Source: Azolla caroliniana (taxonomy: Eukaryota; Plantae; Polypodiophyta). From it: a DNA stretch of 64,000 bases. The stretch is taken from the NCBI GenBank assembly GCA_043228905.1, contig JBHGNT010000003.1, forward strand, positions 18,166,001 to 18,230,000, written 5' to 3'. Below, in pieces: positions 48,251 through 61,843 of this stretch. A program made the position numbers and the translations under genes. The notes below the pieces were generated by a model. The model was not told the origin of the DNA and searched no databases. It saw only the letters and a program-made list of their open reading frames with translations. How positions within the stretch are numbered: the stretch's first letter is position 1; every line of letters starts with the position of its first letter.

Positions 48251-50129
48251 CTCTTTCTTCAAGTTAGTCAATTAATCATGGATTTAGGAAACGATGTCAT
48301 TTATATGACAAAAGGCAAAACCTACCGAGTCCATATATACACCCAAAATGTTTATGAGCAAGACCCTCCTCCCCTCTCCCCCTTTATGGAGGATTATCTG
48401 ATCACGACTAAATTTGAAGTGGGTCTCTTGCAAATATAGTTGGGACACTATTTGTTGGTTTAAATATTTTGTAAGGACACATTGCATCACCACCTCTTTG
48501 TCATATATGAATTGGATTCACGTACTAGCCACAACAGATGCAATGTACCCAATTGGATAGACGAATGATGTCATGTTTCAACTTGAGCATGGGGCTGGTG
48601 TAGAGGAGTAACGATGTTCTAACTACTACCAAACCCCATTTCGACACCATAAATAATGCAACAGGTTCATCCCACTCACCTTCACTCGTATACCTACCAC
48701 ATCGCATTAGACATGCACCTCTTGCAGCTTTACTAGACATCGGGGCGACAAAAAAACTTATTTCCTTCGAAACATGGGAAGTCCTAGAATCTCCTCACCT
48801 CCAAAATTGCGGTGATACTCATGAGGGGTTTAAGGGTAGAACAATACAATGCCTTGAGTCTTTCTTGTTCCCAATCAAAACGACCATGAGCCATACCTTT
48901 GTAATTGCACGGGTTCTACCCTTAAAAGTCTTGAAACAATCATGTATCTTGAGACAAGATTGATGTCATGCAAAGAGTAAATGCATGATAGCGCCTCACG
49001 AGTGTGCAATTTACTTCAGAGTCACCAACAATCTAAAAAATAAAATTGTAATAGAGAGTTCACATGTCCATATCAACAAGATTATAGAGCACATGGCCTT
49101 AGACTTAAACCTAGGACTTGATCACGCTATAAATCCTACTTTGAAATCAAATTCAGCTCTAGAACTAGTTTCATCCTCAATTCCAAGACACAACCAATCC
49201 TATAACATGGTGGCCCAAAGAAAATGCTGAAATTTATATAATGGGTTCTGAAAATAGACTCGTTTGGTAAACCATCAACAAACATTATACCCGCACCTCA
49301 TGATTAGGCCACTTCACCAAAGACAACTAAAACTCATGAGGGGGTTAATGTGCGCAAAGTTGTGTTGAAGGGAAGGACAAAGGCATTCAAATCACGTGAT
49401 GCGTCAATAAACAACTAATGAAAGTTCAAGGGCAACACAAGGGGACTACCAAGTGTTTGTTTCCTAAGCATAACTGAGCCCATAAAATGACTAAATCAGT
49501 CCATGATACATAGAAAAAACGCAAGGCTCACACAAGTCATAGTTGGATCATAAAAGAAAAAACATCTCATCAGGTGGATCAAAGTGTCGTTCAAAATTGG
49601 GTTCCAAAAAATGTCAAAAAAATGTTGATCCCTCGTTATGCCATCATCACCATGAAGATGCTTATGCTGAACAACCTCGAGTAGGCCAATCATGGTGATT
49701 TAATTCCTTGTGCTAAACAAACCCTTGTATTTGGTCCCCCAAAACTCCACTTATAAGTCCAAGGTTTCCACGTATGTAGTATTCAGGCTAATTGTAGCCT
49801 ACGAACATACAATGTTTAGGTTGCGTACAAATTTTGTTGCATAGTCTAGGCTATATGTAAGTTACATACTCTACCTCAAACTTTGTATATTGCCCTCTAT
49901 ACCTAGTAACTAAGAGCTCTCAAATGATGCTAAAAAATATGTAGTTATCAATGAAAGGTTGATGGAACCAAAGGAAGAAGTGGGAAGATAATAAAGGGAC
50001 AAAATTAGAATATTATATGTAGACATCAACCTTATCCCATTGCTAACATGAGTATTAACTCTCGTAGATCCTTGTCACTCTTTTGCACTCGATCACACAA
50101 GCTAGGCATTGAAGTTGCATTTGGTCTAT

Positions 50130-50410
50130 CTAGAAGTCGAGCATTTTGGACACATGTAAGGTTTTTATGATCACTGTATACAATGATTTGATAAGGAGAT
50201 CCTTCAAAAAATTGATGTCATCGCCCAAAGGTTCAACAATAGACAAGGGTTCTTTATCATGAATTTCATAGTTGATCTTCGTAACATTGAATTTTCGTGA
50301 GTGAAAAGCTATTAGATGCAACTTTCCACCACCTCCTAGTTGTGATAGGAAAATTTCAAGAAAATAATTTGATGCATAAGCTTCAAGTAAAAGTGGTTTA
50401 CTTAAATCAA
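50130..50410 (-). mobile_element. Gypsy RNase H fragment
   Basis: IAFHSRKF...NYEIHDKEPLSIV. Confidence 0.7.
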
Positions 50411-51429
50411 CATTGGAAAATTTTGTTTAGGCTAAGTAGCTCAATTGGACAATCATAAGCCGATGTTCTAGAAATGTGCTATTTTTTACTTTGCCAAATA
50501 TATGTGTGAAATCTATAATTACAAGCAAAAACATTTCCTCCTTTCATTTTCATGATGTAGTGTGTTCATGTCAAGAGGAAAAGTGTTAAGCTCCAATTTT
50601 ATGCAAGTTTAAAGATTAGGTCAAAGGCATGACTAGAGGGACATGTGATGGGATGAGGCTCAAAAGAGCTTACACTTGGAATTATAAGGTCAAGGGTCGT
50701 CAAGGATTTGATTTTTGTTTGAAGAGGATATTTGGATTGCAATAGGTCGATGAAGAAATGTGAATGCATGGACATGACGATCAACATTTTCCTCTCATAT
50801 TAGCGCCTTGGGAAAATAAAGATAAATGCATGCAAAGGGCGCCTTGGGAAGATAAAGATAAGTACATGCAAAAGGGTAAAATCTTGGTGTATGCTAAAAG
50901 AGGAGGTTACTATTTTTATTTACAAGACAACTCTCGAAAGTTGTAAAAGGGACTAGAGCACTCATTATTGGGGATTAGATTTTGCACAAGGCGAAAACGC
51001 TTCCGAAATTTTGTTTGAGCTCGGGATTGAGAATCAAGAGGATGTGCAAGAACAATGGCGAGTAACATGGTAGTCATCCGTTATGACATTGCTCCGAAAT
51101 GGGAGGATTTCCTTTTGAAACTTTCCTCTTTTATCTATTAGTACACTTCTATCAAGTACAAATTGCAGTATTAGCCACTCCATGTAATGGAGTAGAGATA
51201 TCATCTTTTTGTATTTGATTATGTTTCTTAACCCTTCGATGTGGTATGATAATTTAATACTTACAAGAATTATATTTTTGGTAAACTTATTGGTTTTTAA
51301 GTGAATCATAATCGAACGAGGGTTGCAATAGATTTTTTGGCTTCGAAATCTGAGCACAGTGTCACGAAGTTACACGTGTGCGTGTGAAATCTAAACGGGA
51401 CCACCAAGAACTTGAACTGGAGAGGATGG

Positions 51430-51670
51430 GTTGAATCGAGTTTCCAAATGCAACGAGTCAAAGACTCTTCATAGTCAAAGTCTGTCTCGAGTCGAAGGCT
51501 CGTCAGATTCCAAGGTTGTTTAGAGTCGAGGGCTCGTTAGAGTCGAAGGCTCTTCAAACATTAGAGTCAAAGGCTTGTTGGACTTGAAGAAGGCTCCTTA
51601 GAGTCAGAGGATCTTCAGACTTGACGGCTATTGAGACTCGAAAACTCATCAAGTGGTGAGTCGAACAACA
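51430..51670. repeat. Degenerate tandem repeat (GAGTCGAAGGCTCGT-like unit), probably LTR-internal
   Basis: Several imperfect copies visible. Confidence 0.6.
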
Positions 51671-52399
51671 ATTAATGTGCGAGGTTAAGAACGAAACATG
51701 TGATTAGCTCAAAGAACATGAGATTACGAAGGGATTTTACAATAATGAGTCCAAAAATAGGCCACTTCGTAGGCCAAAAACACTAGATTAAGAAATAAAT
51801 TCTCTTTATAGAAATTCTTGCACACTGTCTGATTTGAAACCCTAGCTCTCTCTTCGAATTTTCGGCGGTGCTTTTGTGTGTTCACTCTAATACAAAATCT
51901 TACTCTAATTGTTCATAAAAAATCTAGGATAGAAATGTAATATTATGAGATATCGTCCCCCCACATAAGCTACTGCATGGTTACCAAATGTCAAGTGGCA
52001 ATCATGCATGGCTACAAGGTGGCTAGCATATAAGTGTCCAAAACATGCTATATATATATATATGTTGTAGTATTGATGAGTCATTCTGGTTCAAAACCAT
52101 TCTTCAACATAATCTTGTATCTCCTGTTCTTCTTGTTAATTCATTGACATTCTTCTCTTATGTCCATCTTCTATTCTTCTCTTCGATTTGACCTTGTTCT
52201 CATTTATAACCTTGACATTATTCACTTACATCCCTCATCTTATTCTTCGCCATGGGCTAGGCCCTATCCCATAGGTTGCAATTTTTCTTCCATGGATATA
52301 AAAAATATAACTATTTTCTTCTTCAAGTCAATCTTGTTCTTGGCGATGACCCTATTATCATTGACAAAGCAATCTATTGATGCATCATGAAGCAAGTGT

Positions 52400-52970
52400 G
52401 TTGCATCCCAACTTGATCCAAACCATTTTTCCAATTTGCTTTTATGTGTCTTTTAGATCTTTTTACTTGACCACCATGCACTATCTCTATGAAGTCAATG
52501 AGAGGGAATTTTTTGAACTTCCATGCACATGATCTCGTGAGGAAGTCATTCAGTTCTCAAGAAGTAGGAGCATTTATGGGATTTGTTTCGAACTCTTTCC
52601 AAGTAGGCTCAGGGATACTATCGCCCTATACAGATGCACGAAAGTGTCAAAATGATATTTCTTGATGACTAAGATAGCAATTCATTCCATCTGTGATTTG
52701 ACGGACTTCAAGGCCAAGGTATTTAAAGCCGTCGATAGTTTCAGCGGCTCACTATTATACTTAATGCATGGTTTTTCCTTATTTTGTGCATCTCCTAAAG
52801 TATTTTCAAGAAATATCACATCATTTGCAGTCAACAAAAGTATGATGACTACATTCCTAATGACAACTTTGACAATGCATTATTCCATTACAAACTTAGC
52901 AACAATTTCTTCTAATTCATTAATACATAGACCAAATAGACATATGACACTGGGAACCCTTCTTTAACAC
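52400..52970 (-). mobile_element. LINE reverse-transcriptase remnant
   Basis: Fragments such as YRAIVSL and QRRVPSVI with many stops. Confidence 0.5.
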
Positions 52971-55176
52971 CAATAATGTTATTGAAAGAATCTAAAAGTT
53001 TATCGCCTATACACGTACATTATATAAACTTTGCATAGATGCGAGAAACTACAAGTATATATATATCCAAAAAGAAGCTACTTTCCCATTCGTTAGGAGA
53101 GATAATTATAGAAAGAATATACAAGGTGGCTTATACATAAATTAGGGAATCACCCTTCGACCGAGTTCAAGAATATGAGACTACATACATATCCTTTCAA
53201 ACTGACTACTTAATGTAAGTAGGTACCTATAGCTAAAAACTAGTACCCTGCATCACCGGCCAGTACAAACCAGATCATGTGGCCTAGAACGAAGGGAGGG
53301 TGGGAGGTGAGTAGGAAACAACTAGTGTGGGGGTTGGTAGTTCCACCTTGGGCCATTTCCTCCTTGCGTCACCATATATTCATTTTGTACCTCTAGTTCT
53401 TCCATGCACCTCCAATGATGCTCACGAGGTACCATATGAAAACTTTTTCTTGAAGAGTACAATGCAACAATATAAACCCTTGCAAACTAGCTGATTTGAC
53501 AAACGCATTCCACAAGTTTTCCCCGTCATAAGAATTGCTCTCCCTTATTTCCACCATGAAGAGTTACCTTAGAAATCGTCATCAAAAGTTGTTAAACAAT
53601 TCTAAAACTTTACCTTTAAAATACGATATTATTAAATTCTTTTAAGTTATAATGGGCAAAAGTAAAGTCAAAACTAGCTCTCCCCACTAGACCCAAGCAA
53701 AATGCGTGTCACTTATGTTTCTACTTGAAATTATTAACTAGCATAATTTGACCATAACTTCTTATCCTATACTCAAATTTTGTAGAACCTGTTTTTTTAT
53801 GTGGAAAAGAGTGAGAGATCATCCTATACAACATTGTATTTCAAATAAAAATCCACTTCGATAATCGTGGCATTCAAAATTTCAACATATTTTAATCTAT
53901 ATTTAAAAATAAATAAAAAATATCTTGGCATCTCAAACTCTAAAAATGATCAACCATATACCATCAACCTAAGACCCATCACAAAGTATGTTCAACTATG
54001 TCCCCTATTGAAGGAAAGTACCACATAAATATGATAGTCCACCAAGAAATGCACCTACAATAATTACATGTGGTGTATAAGCAAGGGCTACATGAAGAAC
54101 CTAGAGCATGTGAGCATATAAATACGTTTGGCATGCCATTATGTAGTCAATCCTATAGTTACTAAGTTAGACGACTATCTAAAACTAAGATCAACTCCCC
54201 ACGAAGTTGATAGTAGATCCTCTCATTATGATGTATTAGATTACTAATAAGGTTATTGAACTTGGCATTCTACATTTATAAGATATCAAGCCTTTCTAGG
54301 AAATGCCAATAGAAGTTGGAGGTTACCTCCCTTATTGAAATTCTAAAATTTTGATGGTCATGCTTTGAATTGATCCCTTAAGATAATGTGAATTTTAATT
54401 GTATTGTTTATGATTAAATAAACATGATATGAATGGGTTAATAAACATTTCTCTCATATTATAATTATGGTTTTGATTTTCAATGAGTGAAAATGTTTCG
54501 TCGATTATTCATTAGATATTTCATATTTTCTAGCGTCAACTTGCCATACATCTATCAAACAAAGTAGCTCATGAAATACGTGTATATTCCTCAAATAGAT
54601 CATTGGTGTTATAGCTCATTCTAGTTCATCCTTCGGTTAGTCTATAAATTGTAAAACTTATACATGTGTATCCTTTCATGACTTGGCTTTAACGAATACA
54701 TATATTGACTACAATAGGTACAAACATCCTTCATGAATGCACTTCAAAAAATGGGCACTTAAATAAAAACCAGGTTACTAGTGGTTGTTTGATGGAGGAC
54801 ATGTACACTTGCAATGTCATATAAAAGGGTCAAAATTATTAGAAGACTTCTGGATGAAGTGGTGATATATGATTGTTATAGGTAGACGGGGCAAAAAGGA
54901 GTTTCCAATATAGCTTGTCTTCTCCTCATATCTTCTCTATAAAAACCCTTTTCCAAGGGTCATTTTGGTGGTTGTTAGTTGTAGACAAAAAGCCCTAAGT
55001 TAGAGTAACTTAGTGATTGGATTTTAGTGGTAGATTGGAATAGTTTATTCAAGGTTCTTTAATTGCTAGTGTTTTTGTTTCCTTCATGCACCTTTCTCAC
55101 CTTCTTTACATCTCATTTATCCCTTCTTCCATTATCATTGATCTTATGCAAAAGAGTGGAACTGAGCTATAGTGAG

Positions 55177-58100
55177 TTTTTTTTTTCTCAAACAAGAATA
55201 TACTCCATTAGTTAAAATATATACAAACTCGATCCCTTTCTCGGGTAGGCCTTGCCTAGACTATCATATCCTACATAAGAAATCTCACTTATTTAGCTTA
55301 CACTTTCACATACGTCTCTAGCCCTCCTTTCATACACATCACCTACATTCACTATCCCACATGACATCTTTTTCACGCCCCTCGTTCAACTAATGGGAAG
55401 GGGGAACAACCATCTGGGTACTACATACTGCCACTATATATCCATTCCATTTGTTGCGGCAATTGGTGTAGTACAACACCGCTTTCTAAAGTTCAGCCTC
55501 ATTAATTCTATAGCATCATTAGTACCATCAATCCGCTCATATTGAGCTCTCAGTGTAGTTATTAATGTGTGCAAGATTAGCTTAATCAATTTAGTTGGAG
55601 GGAGTTTGTGTGCTGAAAATACCCTGGTACACCTTGTTGTCCATATACACCATATGGTAATGGGGGCAAGCAACGTCCAAAGATCTCTAAGTTTTTGATT
55701 ATGTGCACTAATTGTAGGTACCCTGTTGTTAGTGATCACCCGAACAATGCCATTCTCCCCTCTGTACTTAGCATTGCACGTGCTATCGTATTTCGCCACA
55801 TCATCCTCAAGATAGTTCCAACAAGCATGTCCCCAGTTGAAGGTAAATGACCTAGAGGCATGGCAAAGCAAACAAGAGGCATGTCCCCATACAACCATTG
55901 CCTCATGACATTCCCATAGACAATGGGAAATGCTTTCTAGATGTCCACATGCAATACATCTAGGGTCTACATAGGGCCCTTTACCCCACGTCCCTACCAG
56001 CAAGGCTCTATGTGCAATAAGCCATAAACACATCATTATCTTGTGGTCATAACTGTCATGCCATATCATTTTCCAGAATTGATCTAGTCTCATTTCACTA
56101 ATGCCTCCTACATCCAAAATTTCTTTGTCGCAATCTTGCCATGTTCTTGTTCTAGAATAATTTGTCTCCCAATTTTCGTGTTGTACCTGAAAAATTGAAC
56201 CAACTTTGCCCCATCAGTTCGTCCTTGAGTTCTCCAGAAATACATTGTTGCGCCCCATGATAGCTGATCCAAACGCCCTTCTATAGGCCAACACACTGTC
56301 GCCGGTGTGATCTCCCTTGGCTTAGGGTCAAATATCATATCCTTTCCATTTTTTGCTATCAGCCTAATCGGCCTTTCTCTTTGGCAGGCTGGTTGCTCAT
56401 CTCTTGCCATTCCGTGCTCTAGTTTGTAGTAGCATGCCTCATTTGACTCTGCTTTCATTCCCTTAATGCCAATTAAATAATTCTCAGCATCTATAAGTCC
56501 TGTCCACGCAATTTCAGAGGTAGTTATTTCTTCCTCTTCCAAGGTATGCCTGTAGCATGCAATCGCATCTGTAATTCTCTTGAGCATGCCTTTACCCCTA
56601 CTTATTTTCCATATTCTATCCTTTTGAGTGCCCACCTCATTGGACAAAAACCTCTCCCACTCCACTAATGCATTCCCTTGGGCATTGATTAACTCGACTC
56701 ATTTGAAGCCTACATTTTGTCCTATCATCAACCCATCCACATCTCTAATCAATGGGTTCCACACAATTGGCATGTACATCTGAGCATATGCATCATTTCT
56801 CCACCTACATGTGATCCCCTTTCTGATTTCTTGCCATGCTTTCATAATTCCAATAGCACAGAGACTCTGCATACTTCCCCAATATTTGGGTCTCATTTCT
56901 GGCACAAAACCATAAAAGGGGCTGCTTGGCCAGTGTCCACCTTGTCTCAGCAACCACATTTTCCATCTACGAGGCCATAGAACTTTCCACGGTGCCTCAG
57001 GAGGTTGTAAGCTCTTGACCACTAGTTTGCCTAGAAAGGCCTTCGTTTGCACCACGTGATCTATCAATCCTACCACCCCTTCACTTTTCCCTTTTATAAG
57101 TGTGGTCCAAGCAACCTTTGCACGAGCCTGTTTTTCCTCCATGCCCCCCCATAAGAAATTTTTGATAATCCTTTTTATCAATTTCATCGACTTGGGCACG
57201 ATTATCCAGCACACAACAGTATGTCATATATTGGCTAGTATAATCTAATTTGCAATCACAATCTTGCCCGCAAAGGATAGTTTTCTTGTATTCCACCATA
57301 TTAGCTTTGCTTTTATTTTGTCCACTAGTAGATTGTATAGTGTTCTGCTCGATCGATGTCCATACCAAATTTGAAGCCCAAGTATCTAGTAGCTTCTCCT
57401 CTCCTTAACCATCTAAAATTGGGGTTAGGGGCCAATTTAACATGGGCTTATTACTGATCCAAATGCCCATAGATTTATTCCAATTTATTTTAGCATCCGA
57501 TCCCCTACAAAACTCATCAATTGCATTTTGCAATCTTCCCAAGTTGTTTGCATCACCCTTGACATAGGTCGTTGTGTCATCAACATATGCCATATCAAGC
57601 ATCATACCTTCATCATTGGGCAAGGTAAGGCCTTGTATTTGCCAATATCTGTCAGCAATCTGATAATGCAACACGTCTGCTGCAATGATGTATAAGCACA
57701 GGGCCAATGGGCATCCTTGGCATACCGAACGTAGCATCTTAAAGCTCTTCCCCATACTTCCAGCCATTAAAACCTGGCTGGATGCACCTCTGTAAAAAGG
57801 CACCCATTCCAAAAATCCATTGTTGTTCAAAACCTAGGGCTGCCATCACTGCTTCTAGGAATTCCAATGAAATCCTGTCATATGCTTTTTTGAAGTTGAG
57901 TAGCATTACTTCCATGTTCACTTCTTGCTCCTCCGCCCATGCTGAGTATTCCCAAAATGTCATCACATTGTCAACAATGCTCCGGTTTTCCAGGAAGCCA
58001 CTTGGCGTTGTATGTATAATGTCCCCAAGTACCGTTTTCAATCTCTTACTTACAACTTTGGCCATTGTCTTATAAACATTGGTGAGAATCGTCAATGGTC

Positions 58101-61100
58101 GCCAACTATCAAGCGTTGTTAGATCTTTGCCATCCTTGGGTATTAAATAAATCATTCCTCTACACATTGTTCTGGGTATTAATCCTTTTACCATGATGTA
58201 TTGCATCCCTGCTAGCATGTCATCCTTAATTAGATCCCAATATTTGATTTAAAAGTATATAGGGAGTCCATCAATTCCTGCACACCTTTGTTTGTTCATA
58301 TCCCCAATAGCATCCCACAATTCATGCATACCTATAGGGGTATTTAGACGATCCATCATATGAGCCGTAACTTTCCTTGGTATCCTATTTATTATATTTC
58401 GAAAGGCAACCTGATCAATCAGTTCCTCATTGCATACATTTAGTAGTTGAATATAATTGCTTGTGGCTATTTCAAGCATTTCTTCTTTGCATGTGGTCAT
58501 TGTGCCATCTGTCTTTTTTAAACATGAAGGTTGAATCCTGGAACCTTTGCATTTAACAACTTCAAATAATCCTTTAGTAACCCGATCTCCTAACCTCATC
58601 CAGCTTGCTGCCTTACTTCAATAGGCATAAGTACTCCCAAGTTTCTGGTACATCTCTAATTTTCTTTTGGCTTCCTCTAGTCGGGCCTCAATCCATACAT
58701 TATGTGGGTAGAATTCTCTTAGTCTTTGCATAGAAGCGAGTGTCCATTGCATTTTCTACATTTTCTCCCTTATCTCTTTTCTAATGTCAATCGCTTTCTA
58801 CCAAAAAAACCATGCACATTCCTCAAGTTTCCTAGCCAATCTATGAGTAGGGTCAAGGTACCTCCATTTGATATTAGACCATATTTTCGATATATCATCA
58901 ATCCATTTAGTATCCATAACCAATTCCTTGCTCACCTTCACATTATGTGGCTTGCATCGATTGTTTTCTTGTATGTGTAACAGAACTGGGGCATGATCAG
59001 AGAACATTGTACCATGACAAATAATGCGTCTGCCTTTCCTATCCATGAGCTGAGGGTCCAAATATCATTTGTCCAGCCTGGACATTGTCCTCCCATGCAC
59101 GCTTCCTCCTACTCTAGAGTATTGAAGAGATTTTTCTTTTTGCATTTGAAAGTTAGGTGCATTCCAACAGTCTACCACATTATATGCTAAACAAAACTTA
59201 TCCCATGCATTCTTCTCCGCTCCCTGCACCATGCCATTTGCATTTCCTCTTCTATCTTCTAGATGCTCCACCATATTAATGTCTCCTCCAATGATCCACA
59301 ACTCAGCATCTGGTTTCTTGGCCACTAGTTGCAACCAAAATTCTTGTCTTTTAGTAGCTGAATTTGGGGCATATATGTTCAGTATGCCCAAGTGCCCACA
59401 ACTATGTTTTATTCTTATATAGACAATACGACCCTCTATTAAACTCCCCCTGCTTGTATAATCAACAGTAAACTTAGCTTTCATAACTATAAGTACTCCC
59501 CCATGAATCTGTCTATCCCCCGTAGCTGCTGACCATGTATTGGTCCAATTCCTAGGGCAAATGCTTCCAAGTTTATCAATCTTATCCCCATCTAGATGGT
59601 GCTCCTGCACCATGATAACATTAGGCACCACTACCTCAATGCAATGTTGAATTAAGCAGCCAATACATTCTTTTTCATCTAGAATTGGGTGCCACCAATT
59701 CCTTGTATATTCCAAGTTAGCAAGCTAAGATTCATATAACCTACATGTTCTGTGGCCCGACCAATGCATTTTCAGCTTCCATTATGGTAGCTAATATCCT
59801 ATCTTGGAGATTTTCCTCTTCCAATTGTGTCATCATTTCAGGGATGTATACTATGAATTCCATGATCATTTTAGGAAGCTTCCTAAATTTCACATTTATG
59901 TAGCATATGCCTTGTTCATTTGCCTTGCCCGAACTCCAGATCAAGACATCTTTCCATTGTCTTTTCATTTTCACCCCTATTGTGGTACCATATGATGAAT
60001 CTACATGAACATCCATTTGTTGTTCCAAACATCCGAGTGCTTCTTCTCCACTGTGTGGTTCCCTATTTCCAATGGCCAGAATATAGGATAGACCAATGAT
60101 CCCACCTTCATCAATACATTTACCATATATATTGAGTCTACACATGCTGCCCTTCTTCATCTCACTTCTACATATTTCCTTGAACAACTTTTTGCCTGTC
60201 AATTTCAGTTTGATCTGTTGTCCAGTATTCAAGAGGGGGGCCGCTTTGTATTGAAGATTCCAGTTCACTATTGAACATTTACACATCCCTTTATTTTTCT
60301 CCATCCGGTTCCCCTCCTCTTTTCTAGCACGCATGTGCTTTTTCATTTTTGCTATCCCCGTAATATATTGGGTTGTCACCAATGACTTAGCTTGCTCTTC
60401 CAAGGGGCTTACGACCTTTCCTACATTTAATTCTCCTACCTCATCCATACTTTCATGAAGCATCTGGTCAATATCATCCCCTACCACGTTGTCTTCCTGT
60501 TGTAGTTTTTGCATATCATTAATTGCTTCCACACAATTGCTCGCATGATTTGTCTTCGTTCTTGCTTCCCTTTCATTAGGTTCGTATTCATTGTCCTCTA
60601 AGGTTAAGAGTGCGTATTTGTTTCTAAGTGGGATCTATTATTGTCCGACCATAACTTTTTGTTTGCCTTTATTGATGTTATATTTCCACCCATCTTCATT
60701 CTTACTCATTGCATGGTTTATTCGTTGATTATTCTGTTGCATTAGACTTGTTTTGCTTTCTCGTCCTTGCTTCCCATTTCCATGATGCATGTTCTCCTTA
60801 CCTTTCGGGCATTCTCGGGCCCTATGCCCCATCTGTCTACATGCAAATCATTGCCTTGGGAGTACTGCATACCCCACAGTTTGTACATGGTCAGACATTT
60901 GTTTACTGCTTAGCAACATCGATTGTGGTAGGGTCTTTACATCCGAGACAATTAGTTTGATCCTCGGTGTTTCACTTATTCTCTTTGCTAGCGTTTTTTC
61001 CAAGCATTTCCCTCCCATACTTTTTCCAATGGCTGGGAGAAATGACTCCCATTGCTTAGGTAAACCAGGGAAAAAGATCGTTACCATTGTAGGATTGCCT

Positions 61101-61200
61101 ATACAAACATCAACTTTACACATGTCAAAGTCTTCATCCCAATTGAATACATAGGCTCTCACATTGTGCCATATTAGTGGGCTGCTCTCGACAATTTTGC
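55177..61200 (-). mobile_element. 5'-truncated LINE (L1/Tx1-like): partial ORF1, ORF2 (APE-RT-zf), poly(A)
   Basis: T10 at 55177-55186. ORF2 begins MNLSLLTWNIQG (59735), then VQEHH, NIYAP, GGDIN, SRLD, SDH (APE); WRPLTIL, FKKAYD, QGCPL, YVDD (RT); CIACG..ESISHCLWEC (zf-RVT). ORF1 zinc knuckle ..ACRQMGHRARECPK. Multiple frameshifts. Confidence 0.93.
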
Positions 61201-61202
61201 CA

Positions 61203-61843
61203 AGACCCCTGTGGTCCCGCCTCATTCTATACGCACGCACATAACAACGTGACATATTTGGTGAACTCGACGTGAACCGATGGCAGAGGAATAGAAAAGA
61301 TGAGGGGAACGGAGCTTGCAGAAGCCATGGCTTCAGCTGTAGATCGATTAGTAAGTGCGCGTGAAGGCACATGCGCCCTCGATAGGGCTATTGAGGCAAT
61401 CGTCGGCACGATAGGCCGGTTTGGTGGAAAGGACGCCACGAGCTACTTCGAGGCGTACTGAGCCGAAATGGTGGTGAGGGACATTCCGAAAGACAGGTGA
61501 CTGGCCGAATTCCCTCGGGTGGTGATGCCGGGCATCCATGCGGAAGTGCTCGAGGTACGGGCTGAGAGTCGGACTTGGGAAGAGTTTGAAGGTCGGCTTC
61601 TTGAGAAATACGGGCTTGATGACATGCTTCGGCTACCGAAGCGGGATTTCATGGAATGGGTGGAGACCCCCGAAAAGGGGAGAAACACATCGATGCTCCT
61701 CCAGGAGTTTGAAGAACGCTTTGCGTGTCTTTCAACACTTGATCGGACCGTACTGGACACAAGTAGTGTCCTATTATTTGTTAAATTGGTGGACGTGAGG
61801 GACCGAGAGCAAGTGGGCCTCCTACTGGAGACCGATGACAGGC
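61203..61843 (+). mobile_element. Gypsy-like fragment (LTR end, tRNA-Trp PBS 61259-61276, gag), same family as 13621-16104
   Basis: Identical PBS; gag GGKDATSYF...RLLEKYGLDD homologous to ORF 14873-15181. Interrupted by a Copia LTR at 61844. Confidence 0.85.

Noticed and set aside
53200-55170. AT-rich intergenic stretch searched for ncRNA or ORFs
   Set aside because: No supportable feature.
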